From Leucoraja ocellata (Eukaryota), in NCBI GenBank assembly GCA_036785375.1, contig JAWMAR010000175.1:2604001-2668000 (forward strand): DNA of 64,000 bases. Direction: 5' to 3'. Shown in pieces: positions 11,488-24,343 of the stretch (positions are counted from its first letter, which is position 1; each line of letters opens with the position of its first letter). The notes beneath the pieces were generated by a model that was not told the DNA's origin, ran no database searches, and saw nothing but the letters and a program-made list of their open reading frames with translations. The translations under genes were made by a program, and so were the position numbers.

Positions 11488-11614
11488 CTACTGTTGAACC
11501 TAAACCTCATTGCCACATGTCAAAGGCTTTTCACTCTGAATGACGGGCTCTGAAGGCTGACTCTACCCCTTCACACACACTCCAGATAGGTTGTAGAAAT
11601 CTCTTACTCCTGAA

Positions 11615-12020
11615 TCTCTGCTCCCTGCCATGGATGCCCTCCACCGAAAACGGTGTCTGAGACGGGCTGGGAAGATCATCAAAGACCCCTCACACCCCAA
11701 CCATGGACTGTTTGCCCTCCTCCCATCAGGGAGGCGGTACAGGAGCCTCAGGTCACGTACTAGTAGGATGAGGAAAAGCTTCTACAACAACACAATCACA
11801 CTGCTGAACTTGGAGTCCCGATGATAGATTTCTCTGGTCCCTCCGTCCCCATTGTTTAATCATTCTGTATTTCCTGATTATCCTGTATCTTCCCTCTTTC
11901 TATTTTTTTTTTGTTTTTCTTTATGTACAACTACTACGGACTGACGCAAAACTGCATTTCGTTGTACTGATACTTGTATTTGTGCGATGACATTAAAGTT
12001 GAATTGAATTGAATTGAATT
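11615..12020 (+). mobile_element. Rex1/Babar-like LINE 3' fragment
   Basis: RCLRRAGKIIKDPSHP.HGLF.LLPSGRRYRSLRSRTSR; (GAATT)n tail. Confidence 0.8.
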
Positions 12021-12936
12021 ACTCCTTCCCTCTCAGGCTCAAAACGGCAAGGAGAGCATTGTAGTCTAACAGAAGTACCAGTGGAGAGTGGACGGGTGCT
12101 GAAAGAGGTAGGATATATGCTCTGAGTGGGAAAATATCCTCTGTGGCTTGCAGTTCAGTTTGAGAATGCAAAATGTCTGTGCATTGTTCCTGAACAGTTG
12201 AGAAGAAAATAGCAGTGAGAGTCAAGGCAAGTTGAGTTAGAACCAAATAAGATTCTGGTTTTGTTCAGTTCATTGTTGTCACATGTACCGAGATACAGTG
12301 AAAAACTGTGTGTTATTCAATCAAATCATGCTATATATATATATATATATACACGTATGATCAAGCCATGCACAACTACAACAAATAGCGCAAAGAGAAA
12401 ATTATTAGTTTGCAGAATATAGTGTTCCAGCATTGCAGCGTTACAGCTACAGAGAAAACGACCAGTGTGCAATGGGGTAAATTGGAAAAGCAGTTCTTCA
12501 CCCGAGCTTATAGAACATAGCTCAGGAATGGGCTCTTCACCCCACAGTGTCTTTGCTGAACACAATGCCAAGACCAACTCTTAACGGCCTGCACATATTC
12601 CATCTGCCGACCCAAAAGCCTCCCTCATAAACACCACTAGGATATCTGCCTCCGCCTTCACCCTTGCGGCACATTCCAGCCGCCCACTGCCCTCTGTGCA
12701 AATAAAACATTTGCTCCACACATCTCCTTTTAAACTTTGCCCCTCTCACCTTTACAGTGTGCCCTCTAGTATTTCCCTCCATCCTGGGAAAAAGATTCTG
12801 ACTGTCTACCCTAACTATTCCTCTCATAGGACCGTTCATTAGTCTGGTAACAGCGGGGATGAAGCAGTTCGCGAGTCTGGATGGAGGCATTCAAGCAGAA
12901 ATTTATAGTCGCCAGTGACTTAATTTTAGGGAACAA

Positions 12937-13693
12937 CTAGACCAGGTGCGAACCCGTTGGCCCCGTCCCCCAAGGCAATATTCCACCACTCACCCATAGC
13001 CCACAACTGCACAGGCGCGGCCGAGGGGTTCCCGCTGTGACACCAGAGATCCTCGTTGTGACTAGATTCACGGCAACCCTCCCCCAACTACACCTCGCCA
13101 TCCCCACTTCTTACCCCTATCATCCTCCATTCCCCCTCATCCCCAGCACTCCCAGAACATAGTAGGCATTGACTACAAAACAGATCAGTGTGTCCATATA
13201 CCATTATATAAATATATACACACATCAATAAATAAACTGATGGTGCAAATAACAGATAATGGGTTATTAATGTTCAGAGTTTCGTCCGAGCCAGGTTTAA
13301 TAGCCTGATGGCTGTGGGGAAGTAGCTATTCCTGAACCTGGTCGTTGCAGTCTTCAGGCTCCTGTACCTTCTACCTGAAGTTAGCAGGGAGATGAGTGTG
13401 ATGTCATTGTGGGGTGGAACAGTGCTGACGGGCAGTTTATGTAAATGAGATCCCATTGTGACGTCATACTCTGCTAACTGCCAGTGCAAGTTCAAGTGAT
13501 TTTTGCCAAACTGGATTTGTAAAGTTTAAAATATGAATAACTTGTAAAATATACCATCAATCTGAACAAAACTTGATACACTACACCCCAGGACAATGGT
13601 GAGTAAGGTGGGCCAAAAATTGTAGCACTATCGTGTACCATTTCGGCGTAATTTGACAGACAGACAGAATGAGAGTTCTTAGTAATAGATAGA
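12937..13693 (-). mobile_element. Non-autonomous Helitron H1 (Rex1 fragment inserted at ~13160-13400)
   Basis: The minus strand starts TCTAT... and ends CTAG in an A|T target; the subterminal hairpin is degraded; the ends are homologous to H2 and H3. Confidence 0.6.
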
Positions 13694-15685
13694 TAGATGG
13701 ATGGAATTATCTATCAGTGGAATGGCAGGGCTTAGCACCAACATCGTAAAGGTGTATTCTGGTGTCACTTGAAGTTCTTTACATTTGAAAATTGTACTAA
13801 ATGTGAATAAGAACCCAAATTTAATAATAATCTACCAGACATCAATTAAAACAACCCCAAATGGAGAATTGAACTCAAATTTTAATTACCTCCCACACAA
13901 TCAGCTATTCTAAGGTTAAACTAAAACAGCATTTGATTATTTGAAGTAATTATACTGTCCCAATATGCATTATAAACAAAGAGGACTACTGCTTTTTCTG
14001 AATCATTGAATTATGTAGATAAACAATGGTTTCCATTTGAGAGTCCATTCCGTTTGTTTCATGTGCGTTTACAAGACCCTAAACCACACAGCAGGATTGC
14101 CAAGCACTCCTCCCCCACGCATACTTCGTAAAGGGCTGCAATGGTATCCTTGGAAACAAAGCTTCTCAACTTTCCTTTTGTGATGCAGATTGAGAGTCAT
14201 TTTAATCTCAAGTGGCAAACCGCAGTTACGAAATTTTAACTTTGTGAAGACTGCTCTTAAGGAAATGTGAACACCACGTTAATTTTAAATAATGGAAGTG
14301 ATCAAGTGCAGTGCTGCCCCTTGCTCTTACTCTGAAATAGAAATCAAGTTTGTCCTCATTGCTGAGAATATTTTAAAACTTTTCACAAGGAAGTCAGTAC
14401 AAAAATGATTGTTTTAGTTGCCACAAACTAACAATGGGCCATTGTTAAACAAAAATGACAAACATGACGTAATTTGTGCATTGTAAATTCCCGGCAGAGA
14501 AAGACAAAAACATCATTATGTTGAATTGTTTGGTCAACAACTTCACTTTAGACCAAATATAACCACCAAGTCATTAGTACATAGTCACTGTAAATTACAT
14601 ATTAATAAAACACAACTTTATATTAAAGGAGCTTAACACATTTATCAATGAATTAAAGTTTACAATGAGGACAGAAAAGTTCACCAAGGAACTGCAGATG
14701 CTGGAATCTTGAGTAAAACACAAAGAACTCAGTGGGTCAGGCAGAACCTGTGGAAGGAGAGACAAAACTTTGCCTGTGGAGTCCATCCACTAACGCTGCC
14801 TGACACACTGTGTACTTCCACCACTTATGTTTTACCAAATTAATTTCTGAAATGGAAGGATGGGGGATGGGCAATGTGAGAAGCTCAAGGAGACCATGCC
14901 GTAGAACTGTGGTCTAGTTGAAACACACAAGACTCTCATGGGACTTGACAAGGTAGTTACCCCGTCTTCAGTGAAGTGAGGCAGCCAGGTGCAGATTCTC
15001 AAAATATGGGGGTAGCCATTCAAGACTGAAGATGAGAAGAAATTTCATCAGAGGACGGTGAACCTTTGGAATTCTCGTTCCCATTTGTAGAGTATCTGTC
15101 CTTGGCTACATTCAAGGCAGGGAATGCCAGGTTTAAAGCAATATGGAAATTAAAAAATGAGATTAGTCCAGGAAAGTGGCAAAGGAGTGAAAAATCATCT
15201 ATTTCGTAGCAGAGCACAAGGGACCAAATGACCCACTCCTGTTTCAGTATCTTCCACAAATCTTTAATGATGCTTTAAATGTTTAATTTGGGAGATGCCT
15301 CATCACACTGCTTCACTTCATGAGAAAGCCAACGTCTAAAATAGGGCACAGAATGACAAACATGCACAATAAAAAATAATTCAATAAAATAAAAAGGTAG
15401 TTAATTGCCACAGACTAGGAGGGCCAGGCATCATTTCTATTACCTAGTGAACAACAAGACTTATTTGGGTAATGGAAGTCTTGGAGTTGGCAGTTCTATC
15501 CCTGGCATTGGGAAGCCACTCTGAGACAGGCAGAGGAATTAGTAGTAAGTTATAATTGTTTTGCACAGCTACAAGAAACAGATTGCTTCCGGTCTACCAA
15601 AGTACTCAAAAAGTAAAACTTATCTGGCCAGATCATGCTGACATAAGCCCATTTGTGGTTACTCTGCACCTGATCCAAATACTAA

Positions 15686-16098
15686 AGGGCCTGTCCCACT
15701 TGGCCGTCATTTGCGCCTCATTTATGCGTCATATGTAAAATAGGTCGACGCATCGTGATGCGCGACGTCGTGCGCAAATCACGCGTCAGCACAGCCGTGT
15801 GGTGCGCATGACATCATTAGAATACCCTGCGGCGCGCAGCGACACATGTTTACGGATGTTGACGTAAGCATGCGTCACCACGCGATACACGTGAGACATC
15901 GGGACGCCAGCGTGCAACGCCAATGCCTCAGCGTGCGTACGCGATACGTCACGCAGGTGGCGCACGAGGATTTTGTTACACGATTCCACGTCTCACCATG
16001 CGCAAAGCGTGCGTCACCCACGCGCGCCCCACGTGTCGACCTATTTTACATATGACGCGTAAATGAGGCGCAAATGACGGCCAAGTGGGACAGGCCCT
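15686..16098. mobile_element. MITE (PIF/Harbinger-like) with 64-bp TIRs
   Basis: 64-nt TIR starting AGGGCCTGTCCCACTTGGCCG with 1 mismatch; TAA TSD at 15683-15685 and 16099-16101; CpG-rich interior. Confidence 0.88.
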
Positions 16099-16129
16099 TA
16101 AGGGCTCAAATCACTGACCTCAGCACCAA

Positions 16130-17768
16130 ACTCTCAAGAGTCATACATCATATAGAGTGCACTAAACATCTGTATTTCAAAACATACATTGCTCAAATTT
16201 CACAAATTTATCCCCCACCCTTGCCACTCATGTGGAATCCCTTCCCTTATTTTGAGGGACGTCTCCACCACACCCTGCCCCCCCTGTCCAGCAGCGGAAG
16301 GACCCTAGACTGTGGTCCTCCTCCACCGAGCCTTGGCGTTGGCTGCACCGAGCTTCAGTGCGTCCCTCAGCACGTACTTCTGCAGTCTGCAGCGGGCCAG
16401 TCGGCAACATTCCCCGATGGACATCTCGCTCTGCTGGGCGGTGAACAACGCTCGGGCAGACCAAAGATGAGAGGGCCTACCGGGAGGAGGTGGCTGATCT
16501 AGCACTCTGGTGCCAGGATAACAGCCTCCTCTTGAACATCAAAAAAACGAAGGAGCTGATCATGGACTTTAGGAGGGCACATCATCTGAGGACGTACACT
16601 CCATTGAGGATAAATGGAGATCCTGTGGATAGGGTGAACCGTTTTAAATATCTGGGAGTCCACATCTCTGAGGATATGACATGGACATCACACGCCTCAG
16701 CACTCGTGAGTAAGGCAAGGCAGCGCCTTTACCACCTCAGGCAATTGAGGAAATTCAGAGTGTCTCCGAGGATCCTCCAGTGCTTCTACTCAGCGGCGGT
16801 GGAAAGCATCTTGTCCGGAAATATTACCATCTGGTTTGGGAATTGCTCTGCCAAGGACAAGAAGGCTCTGCAGAGAGTAGTGCGTTCGGCCAAACGCACT
16901 ATGGGAACTTCACTCGCCCCCCTGCAGGAACTATACATCAGGAGGTGCAACTCCAGAGCCAACAATATCATGAGAGACCCCTTCCACCCCTGCAACGGAC
17001 TGTTCCAGCTGCTATGGTCAGGCAAACGGCTCCGTTGCCATACGGTGAGAACGGAGAGGTTGAGAAGGAGTTTCTTCCCGGAAGCCATTTGGACTGTAAA
17101 CTCCAATCTCACCAGGGACTAACTCTACTGAACGTTTTTCCTTCCGTCCGCAATATTTAATATGTAAAATAATATGTGTGTGTTTATGATTGTGTTTATA
17201 GTTTGTTTGGTTGTTTGTTTGTTTGTCTTTTTGCACAAAGTCCGCGAGCATTGCCACTTTCATTTCACTGCACATCTCGTATGTGTATGTGACAAATAAT
17301 CTTGACTAAACTAAACTAAGAGCCTCTTTCACCGAGTTGATGACCTTCCGGCAGCACTCGATGTCAGTCTCTGAATGCGTTCCCGGGAACAGTCCGTAAA
17401 TCACAGAGTCCTCAGTGATGGAGCTGTTCGGGATAAAGCATGCCAGGGACCCTTGTAGACCTCTTCAGACTCTCTTTGTGAATCCACACTCTGCAATGAG
17501 GTGGGAAACCGTCTCCTCTCCACAACAGCCGTCCCGAGTACAGCGTGCGCTGGTAGTGAGGTTCCGACGGTGCAGGAAGGATCTGACTGGGAGGGCTCCC
17601 CTCACCGCCAGCCAAGCCAGGTCTTGCCCTCTCTCCCCTGTCTTGTTTGTCTGTTGTATTGAACCTTTTGCCGAGTTCATCAGGAAGGATGCGAGCATAA
17701 GAGGGTTCCCAGAGCAGACTGCCCAGCTTGTCTGGCAAAATGCCTCATCGCCAGAAGTCACCAACCAG
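16130..17768 (-). mobile_element. Tx1/L1-clade LINE 3' fragment with 5' inversion, split by a Rex1 insertion
   Basis: Minus strand: QDLAWLAVRGALPVR...C.R.GC.GEETVSHL..EC (zf-RVT) and LWSAR...RDALKLGAANAKARW. Plus strand 17625-17768: CPLSPVLFVCCIEPFA..IR and FPEQT..LVWQNASSPE.TN. Confidence 0.8.
16466..17318 (+). mobile_element. Rex1/Babar-like LINE 3' fragment (young)
   Basis: ORF 16490-17122 (WCQDNSLLLNIKKTKELIMDFRR...FKYLGVHISED...QRLYHLRQLRKF); nearly identical to 49216-49900. Confidence 0.88.
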
Positions 17769-18095
17769 CTCCGCTCAGTTCGCAATAACCAACCTGATCT
17801 CCCGGTGGCTCAGCACTTCAACTCCCCTACCCATTCTGAATCCAACCTTTGTGTCCTGGGCCTCCTCAATGGCCAGAGAGAGGGGATGCAAGGGTCACTT
17901 GAAGTTAGAGAAATCAATATTCATACCGCTGGATTATAAGCTGCCCCAGCAAAATATGAGGTGCTGCTCCTCCAATTTGCGATGAGCCTAATTCTGACAG
18001 CGGAGGAGGTCCAGGACAAATAGATCAGTGTGGCAATGAGAAGGGGCTAATGTGTTTAGCAACCGGAGGCCCACGTGGACTGAACGCCTCCACTG
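17769..18095. mobile_element. Penelope-like GIY-YIG C-terminal fragments in inverted arrangement
   Basis: Plus strand LRSVRNNQPDLPVAQHFNS (17769-17880), followed by a minus-strand KLEEQHLIF.. segment. Confidence 0.7.
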
Positions 18096-18299
18096 ACTGT
18101 CAAACGTGTCAGATTCAAAATGTTTCTGAATGAAGTAAAGAATTTTAAAGCGTAGTAAAAGATAAATGTCCTTAATCAATACAAGCTAGCGTACCCAATT
18201 AACTTAACAACACAAAGAATTTACTCCCTACTCCATGCTTCGCTACAACCTCCAGTGAAATTAGCGACATATTTGGTTGTCAATCTGTGATGTCACAAA

Positions 18300-18606
18300 T
18301 ATAGTTTAGTTTAGAGATACAGCGCAGAAACTTGTCCTTTGGCCCACTTTGTCCGCGCCAACCAGCGATCCCTGCACATTAACACTATCCCACACCCACT
18401 GAGGACAATTTTTACATTTACCAAGCCAATGAACCTACAAACCTGTACGTTTTTGGAGTGTGGGAGGAAACCGAAGATCTTGGAGAAAACCTACGGGGAG
18501 AACGTACAAACTCCGTACAGACAGCACCCGTAGTCAGGATCGAACCCGTGTCTCCGGCGCTGCATTCGTTGTAAGGCAGCAACTTTACCGCTGCGCCACC
18601 GTGACC
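18300..18606 (-). mobile_element. tRNA-derived V-SINE (HE1-like)
   Basis: GGTGGCGCAGCGGTA A box, GGGTTCGATCC B box, V-core and CR1-like tail. Confidence 0.85.
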
Positions 18607-19284
18607 GTCCTAAATGGCGAATATAACGGCAGCTGTTATAAATCATTGACAAAGCTCATTTACCTGTCGAATCAAACTGCAATTGAAACCAAAACATCAT
18701 CCAGAAAATACTATTTGACATTTGGAAACTAGTCTTGTGTAGATTCATCTGGTTGTGAGAGCTCAGAAATTATAGGCAAAAGTACCAACACAAAAATGTG
18801 GCCTTTGCAAAGTGTGTACTTAGATTAGGTTTATTATATTCATGCATGCAGAGGTACAGTGAAAAGCTTTGTTTTGCATGCTATCCAATCAGATCAGATA
18901 TACCATATAAATACAATCAAGTCAAACTCAAGTACAATAGGGAGAGTGAAAGTGTAGATACAGAGTGCAGTGACACTGAAACATCCTGAACAGCCTGCGT
19001 TCATTGGCAATTCATTCCAACATAGGCAGTCCCTGGTTCATGCAAGGTTCTGCTCCCAAGAACCAAGCCTAATCCGATTACTCCACAAATCTTGTATAGC
19101 TGGACGTACACTTACTACGAAACTCACTATAACACCAAAATTAAACTAATGGAACATATTATTAATGAACACCAGAGAATATCTTATTATTGCCATCTTA
19201 AAAACGTATGTGAGAATGTGTGTGGTCAGACTTCAGCAAGTCTGGTCATCCATCAGCCTGGGAGCACCAGCACATTAAAGCAAC

Positions 19285-20272
19285 AAGATTCAAGTCAAGA
19301 GAGTTTATTGTCATGTGTCCCAGATAGGACAATGAAATTCTTGCTTTGCTTCAGCACAACAGAATATAGTAGGCATAAATACAGATCAGTGTGTCCATAT
19401 ACCGTTGAATATATACACACACACACACTATTGTGCTATTAGTGTTCAGAGTTTTGTACGAGTTGAGTTTAGTAGCCTGATGGCTGTGGGGAAGTAGCTA
19501 TTCCTGAACCTGGACGTTGCAGATTTTAGGCTCCTGTACCTTCCACCAGAGGGTAGCGGGGAGATGAGTGTGTGGCCAGGACAGTGTGGGTCCTTGATGA
19601 TGCTGGCAGCCTTTTTGAGGTAGCGGCTGTGGTAGATCCCCTCTATGGTAGGGAGGTTGGAGCCGATGATGGACTGGGCAGTGTTTACTACTTTTTGTAG
19701 TCTTTTTCGCTCCTGGGCGCTCAAGTTGCCGAACCAAGCCACGATGCAACCGGTCAGCATGCTCTCTACTGTGCACCTGTAGAAGTTAGAGAGATTCCTC
19801 CTTGACAATCCGACTCTCCGTAATCAGGAAGTAGAGGCGCTGATGTGCTTTCTTTATAATTGCATCCGTTTTCTCGGACCAGGAGAGATCTTCAGAGATG
19901 TGCACGCCCAGGAATTTAAAGGTCTTGATCCTCTCCACCATCGACCCGTTGATATAAACGGGACTATGGGTCCCCATACTACCCCTTCCAAAGTCCACAA
20001 TCAGTTCCTTGGTTTTGCTGGTGTTGAGAGCCAGGTTATTGTGCTGGCACCATTTGGTCAGTCGGTCGATCTCTCTTCTATACTCCGACTCATCTCCATC
20101 AGTGATACGTCCCACAACAGTGGTGTCATCAGCGAACTTGATGATGGAGTTTGCACTGTGACCGGCCACGCAGTCATGAGTATAGAGTGAGTACAGCAGG
20201 GGGCTGAGCCTTGAGGTGCTCCCGTGCTGATTGTTATCGAGGCTGACACATTTCCACCAATACGGACAGACT
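19285..20272 (-). mobile_element. Rex1/Babar-like LINE RT/3' fragment
   Basis: ISTGAPQG, KFADDTTVVG, WCQHNNLALNTSKTKELIVDF, FYRCTVES..WFGN, LPSG.RYRSLK. Confidence 0.88.
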
Positions 20273-20649
20273 TCTGCTCAGCAACAAGTCACTGAGCAGA
20301 AGTTGCCCATGAATAGTCAGCTCCATCAGCAGGGAGGGCAGTGAATGACTGCAGGCTAAACTGTGCCGTGCTCCAGAAGGGAATATCATTCCCAAAATGT
20401 TGTCCTCAAAGATGTATTAGCTCGCAAGTGAAATCAACTGACTTTTCTAAGCCAGCACTATCCACTGAATTCAGAACCCTTGGGAGACCCAAAAGATCTT
20501 AAGTTATTTCTTGCCATTTACTTTCCAATCCAACTGTTGTTCTTTTACTTTCCCCACCTATACAACAGCTGTTCATAAATAGTTGAATAGAGGTCAGCTG
20601 GCGAGCCGGTGGCATCATCACTCAATCTTGTGAACCCAAGCTTCACTAG

Positions 20650-20832
20650 AGGGACACGGTGTCCCAGTTAGTAAAGCTGCTGCCTCAGAGCTCCAGCAAG
20701 TTGGCTTCAGTCCTAACCTCCAGTGCTGTCTGTGTGTAGTTTACACATTCTCCCTGTCAATCCCTGGGCTTTCCCCAGGTTTTAATTTCCTCCCATTTCC
20801 CAAGGACATGCAGGTTGGCAGGTTAATTAGTC
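20650..20832 (+). mobile_element. Old V-SINE fragment
   Basis: Degenerate head (ggcacggtg...gctgctgcctca) and V-core (tgctgtctgtgtg...tttcctccca). Confidence 0.55.
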
Positions 20833-20844
20833 ATACTGATGCGG

Positions 20845-21222
20845 CATAGAAACAGCCCCTTCGGCCCAACCTGTCCATGCCGACCAAGGTGCCCCAACTA
20901 AGCTAGTCTCATATTCCCATGCCTGGCCCATATCCCTCAAAATCTATTCTGTCCATGAACCTGTCCAAATGCCTTTAAAATGTTATGTTATGTTATAGTA
21001 CCTGCCTCAACTATCTCTTGCATCTCATTCCATATATCCACCATGTTCAGTGTGAAAATCTTGTTCCTCAGGCTCCTATTGAAACTTTCCTCTCCTGCCT
21101 TAAATCTGTGCCCTCTATTTATTGATTCCTCTGGGTAAGAGACTGCATGCACCTGATCTATTCCCCTCAAGATGATATACACCTCTACTAGATCACCATT
21201 CAGCCTCCTGCACTCCAACATT
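20845..21222 (-). mobile_element. CR1-like 3' fragment
   Basis: LECRRLNGDLVEVY.IL.GID...RGH.FK...IWNE. Confidence 0.7.
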
Positions 21223-22494
21223 GTCTGTTTCATTTCATATATTTGCCACTTTTGTCAATGGCAGTAATGTCATTGATTTTGAGATCAGACAGATTTCCAC
21301 ACAAACACGAAACAGAAGCACGAGTAGACCGTTCAATACACTCATGACTGATCCCTTACCTCTGCACCACTTCCATCCACTCAAAACTCTTAACATCCAA
21401 AAATCTATTGATCTCAGTTTTATATATTTGGAGACTGAAGAAATGAAAAGGAGGCGCTACAGGTCTCTCCGTTGCCGGACCAGCAGGTCCAGGAACAGCT
21501 TCTTCCCTGCGGCTGTCACACTACTCAACAATGTACCTCGGTGACTGCCAATCACCCCCCCCGGACACTTCTCCCACAGGAAAAACACTATGTCTGTATA
21601 CATGTAAATAGATTTATTTATTGAAATCATATTCTATGTCGCTCTTCCAGGGAGATGCTAACTGTATTTCGTTGTCTCTGTACTGTACACTGACAATGAC
21701 AATTATAGTTGAATCTGAATCTGAACTCACACCGAGCTTGCATCATCAGCAGGGCCGCACAGACGGCCCCCGAACCAACTTTGCAATTGTCGGTGAGTTA
21801 TTTCGCACGGCAGGGTAATGTCAGTAAAAACTGTGGGAGAAGTTGCAGTTTACACAGATTGTCCACCCCGCCCAAGGCACGTGCTGTTGTTCAAATCCCT
21901 TTGAGAAACCAAAATAAGATTTTTTTTTTTAACTTTCGTTTGAGCTGAAGATACGGGGTGGGGCAGATTTCAAATGTGAACCGCTCCCAGTTGAAATGTG
22001 TTATGTCAGCAAACAATCAAGATCAGCCTTAGCACGAGAGTGTTTGTAGAAATAAATTCAATCCACTTTGTTTCAGTAATAACCTCACTCACTGCTCATG
22101 TTTGAAGAACCAGTGTTGTGCTGCTTTTTACCAAACTCATTCAAAATCAATCCCATTTCCGTTGGCCTTGCAGATGCTAATCCATTTTCTTCTTCGAAGG
22201 AGGCAATGGATCTCACTTTCATTACTGCCCAAGACCAATAATAATCCTTGCTGATTCTTTACAAACAAAAAGTCCTTCTCTCTCCACCACCATTGCACAT
22301 TGATCAAAAGACAAAGTACTGGAGGAACTCAGCGGGTCAGGGAGAGGGAGAGGATATATATATATATGTCTTGCTGCTCAATGTTTCTCTTCTCCCCATG
22401 TTCGCTCTTGTTTCCTCTTGGAGTGTCTGTTTTTTGAAGAGGAGTTTATGTATATGAGATAATCCTTGTGTTCAGAATCATTCCAGTGCTTTTC

Positions 22495-22498
<4 letters not shown>

Positions 22499-22572
<74 letters not shown>
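22499..22572. repeat. (TA)n microsatellite
   Basis: Uninterrupted TA run of ~70 bp inside a decayed Penelope pseudo-LTR. Confidence 0.97.
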
Positions 22573-22575
<3 letters not shown>

Positions 22576-24343
22576 GTGGGGGTAGGACAAAGCCTGGCAA
22601 GTGATAAGTGGATATAGGGTTAGGTGGGGGAAAGAAGGGGTGAATGGCAAATAAGTGACAAAGGCTGGAGATGAAAAGACATTCAAAAAGTCGTCTGTGC
22701 ATTCCCTCCACAGTGCTGCCTGACCCCGTCGAGTTCCTCCAGCACTTTGTTTGCTCAAGATTCCAGCATCTGCAGTGGCTTGTGTCCCCATTTCATAACG
22801 CTCTCCACACAGCAAATACATTTTTTTTCCTTCTCCTTTCTTTCAAACTTTTGGATGTGCCTCTTGTTTTGTATGTGCCCCATCTTCAGTGTACATGCAC
22901 ACCCAAGGAGTAAACAGCAGCTGGCAATATTTTAGTTATTGTTAACCCAAAGGAAAAAAACTAGACAACAGGATCTCCCGATCGCAAGGACTCGGTGTAC
23001 ATGAATAATTAGATGCAAACACCGCCATCACAGATGCTGCCTGACCCACTTTGTCTTTTGTGTTTCATTGTCAACTGAACTCACAGCACTTTGTAATCAT
23101 GTGGACAAGAATAATTCAGTTGCAATGTCTCTTTAGGCTCTGGTGTTTAACTGGAGTTTTCAACCAAGCAGAGAAAAAAGGACACACATTTGAGCATATT
23201 TGTTGCCATGTGTTGCTGAGATAAGAATGCCGAGGTTCCGAGTCAGTAACTTGGATAACAGCCATCCCTATCCTTTGAAAAGGAAAAATTACCAATGAAA
23301 CAATATAGATATTGAACATGATTAAAAATTCACAGAAATTCAGAGTGCAGTAAATACAATCTGATGGAACAATGAAATTCTTACTTGCTGCAGCTTAACA
23401 GGCCCGTTAAACACAACAGCACACAGATAAGTGTATATAATAATCAATGATACAATAAATTAATAACCACCATACTATATTATCGTAACAGTGCAAAACC
23501 GATGTCTGTAGTGCAACCAAAGACACAATCCACAGAAGATCCTAGTTGTCGTCAGTGTTGTGCAGTGTTTAAGAGCCTCACAGTTGTTGGGAAGAAGCTG
23601 TTCTTGAACCTGGTGGTCACAATATGATTGGCTCCATTTTAATGTATTTATTCCACTCAATGTGAATCCCAGTGATTTTTTTAATTGAGTTATTTATCTA
23701 CATTATTTCATTGGTTGACTTAATTTTTTTTAATTTCCGAAGCGTACAAGCAGTTATAATCCAAGTTACCAATTGGGCTCAGAACCTCTGCATTCTTATC
23801 TCAGAGACTCACGACAACTTCAGACGGGACCCGAGTCAGCCAGCCAGAGGGGTGAGGCAGGAGCAGCTGCAGAGCACAGATAGGGGAGAAGCAACGGATG
23901 CTAAATTGTTATTTAAATCTGTCAAAAATAAATAAGGAAATACAGTGATGTAAACCTTAATTTAACGGGGTTTTTAAACTTCTAATCTTCCTGCAGGAAA
24001 CCCTAATTGAAGTATAGATCAGAATCAAGTGAAGCTTCTCCCTCTCTCAGCAGTCCTTCACTTCCAATTTCTCCATCATATTTTACCCTTCACCCAAAAG
24101 TAGTCTAATCTTATCCCAGAGGCAGGGGATTATTCTTCCTTTCAAATGCAGGTGATTTTACAGAAGAGTGCACACCAGTGGGCTGGCAGTGAATCCATTT
24201 AGTGATTCCAGAAGATCTGCTGAAATTTACATCCTTTTAAAGCACACAGAAGAGACATTGCCATTAAACTATTTTTGTCTGCGCTGGAAGTTCAGTTGAT
24301 ATCTTTTCAGACGTCACAGAATTTCCATTAATATTTAGTACTA

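Noticed and set aside
18520-18606. tRNA-like sequence with A and B boxes
   Set aside because: It is the head of a V-SINE and continues into SINE core and tail, so it is not a tRNA gene.
22378-22821. ORFs with YIYIYI tracts
   Set aside because: They are translations of the (TA)n microsatellite.
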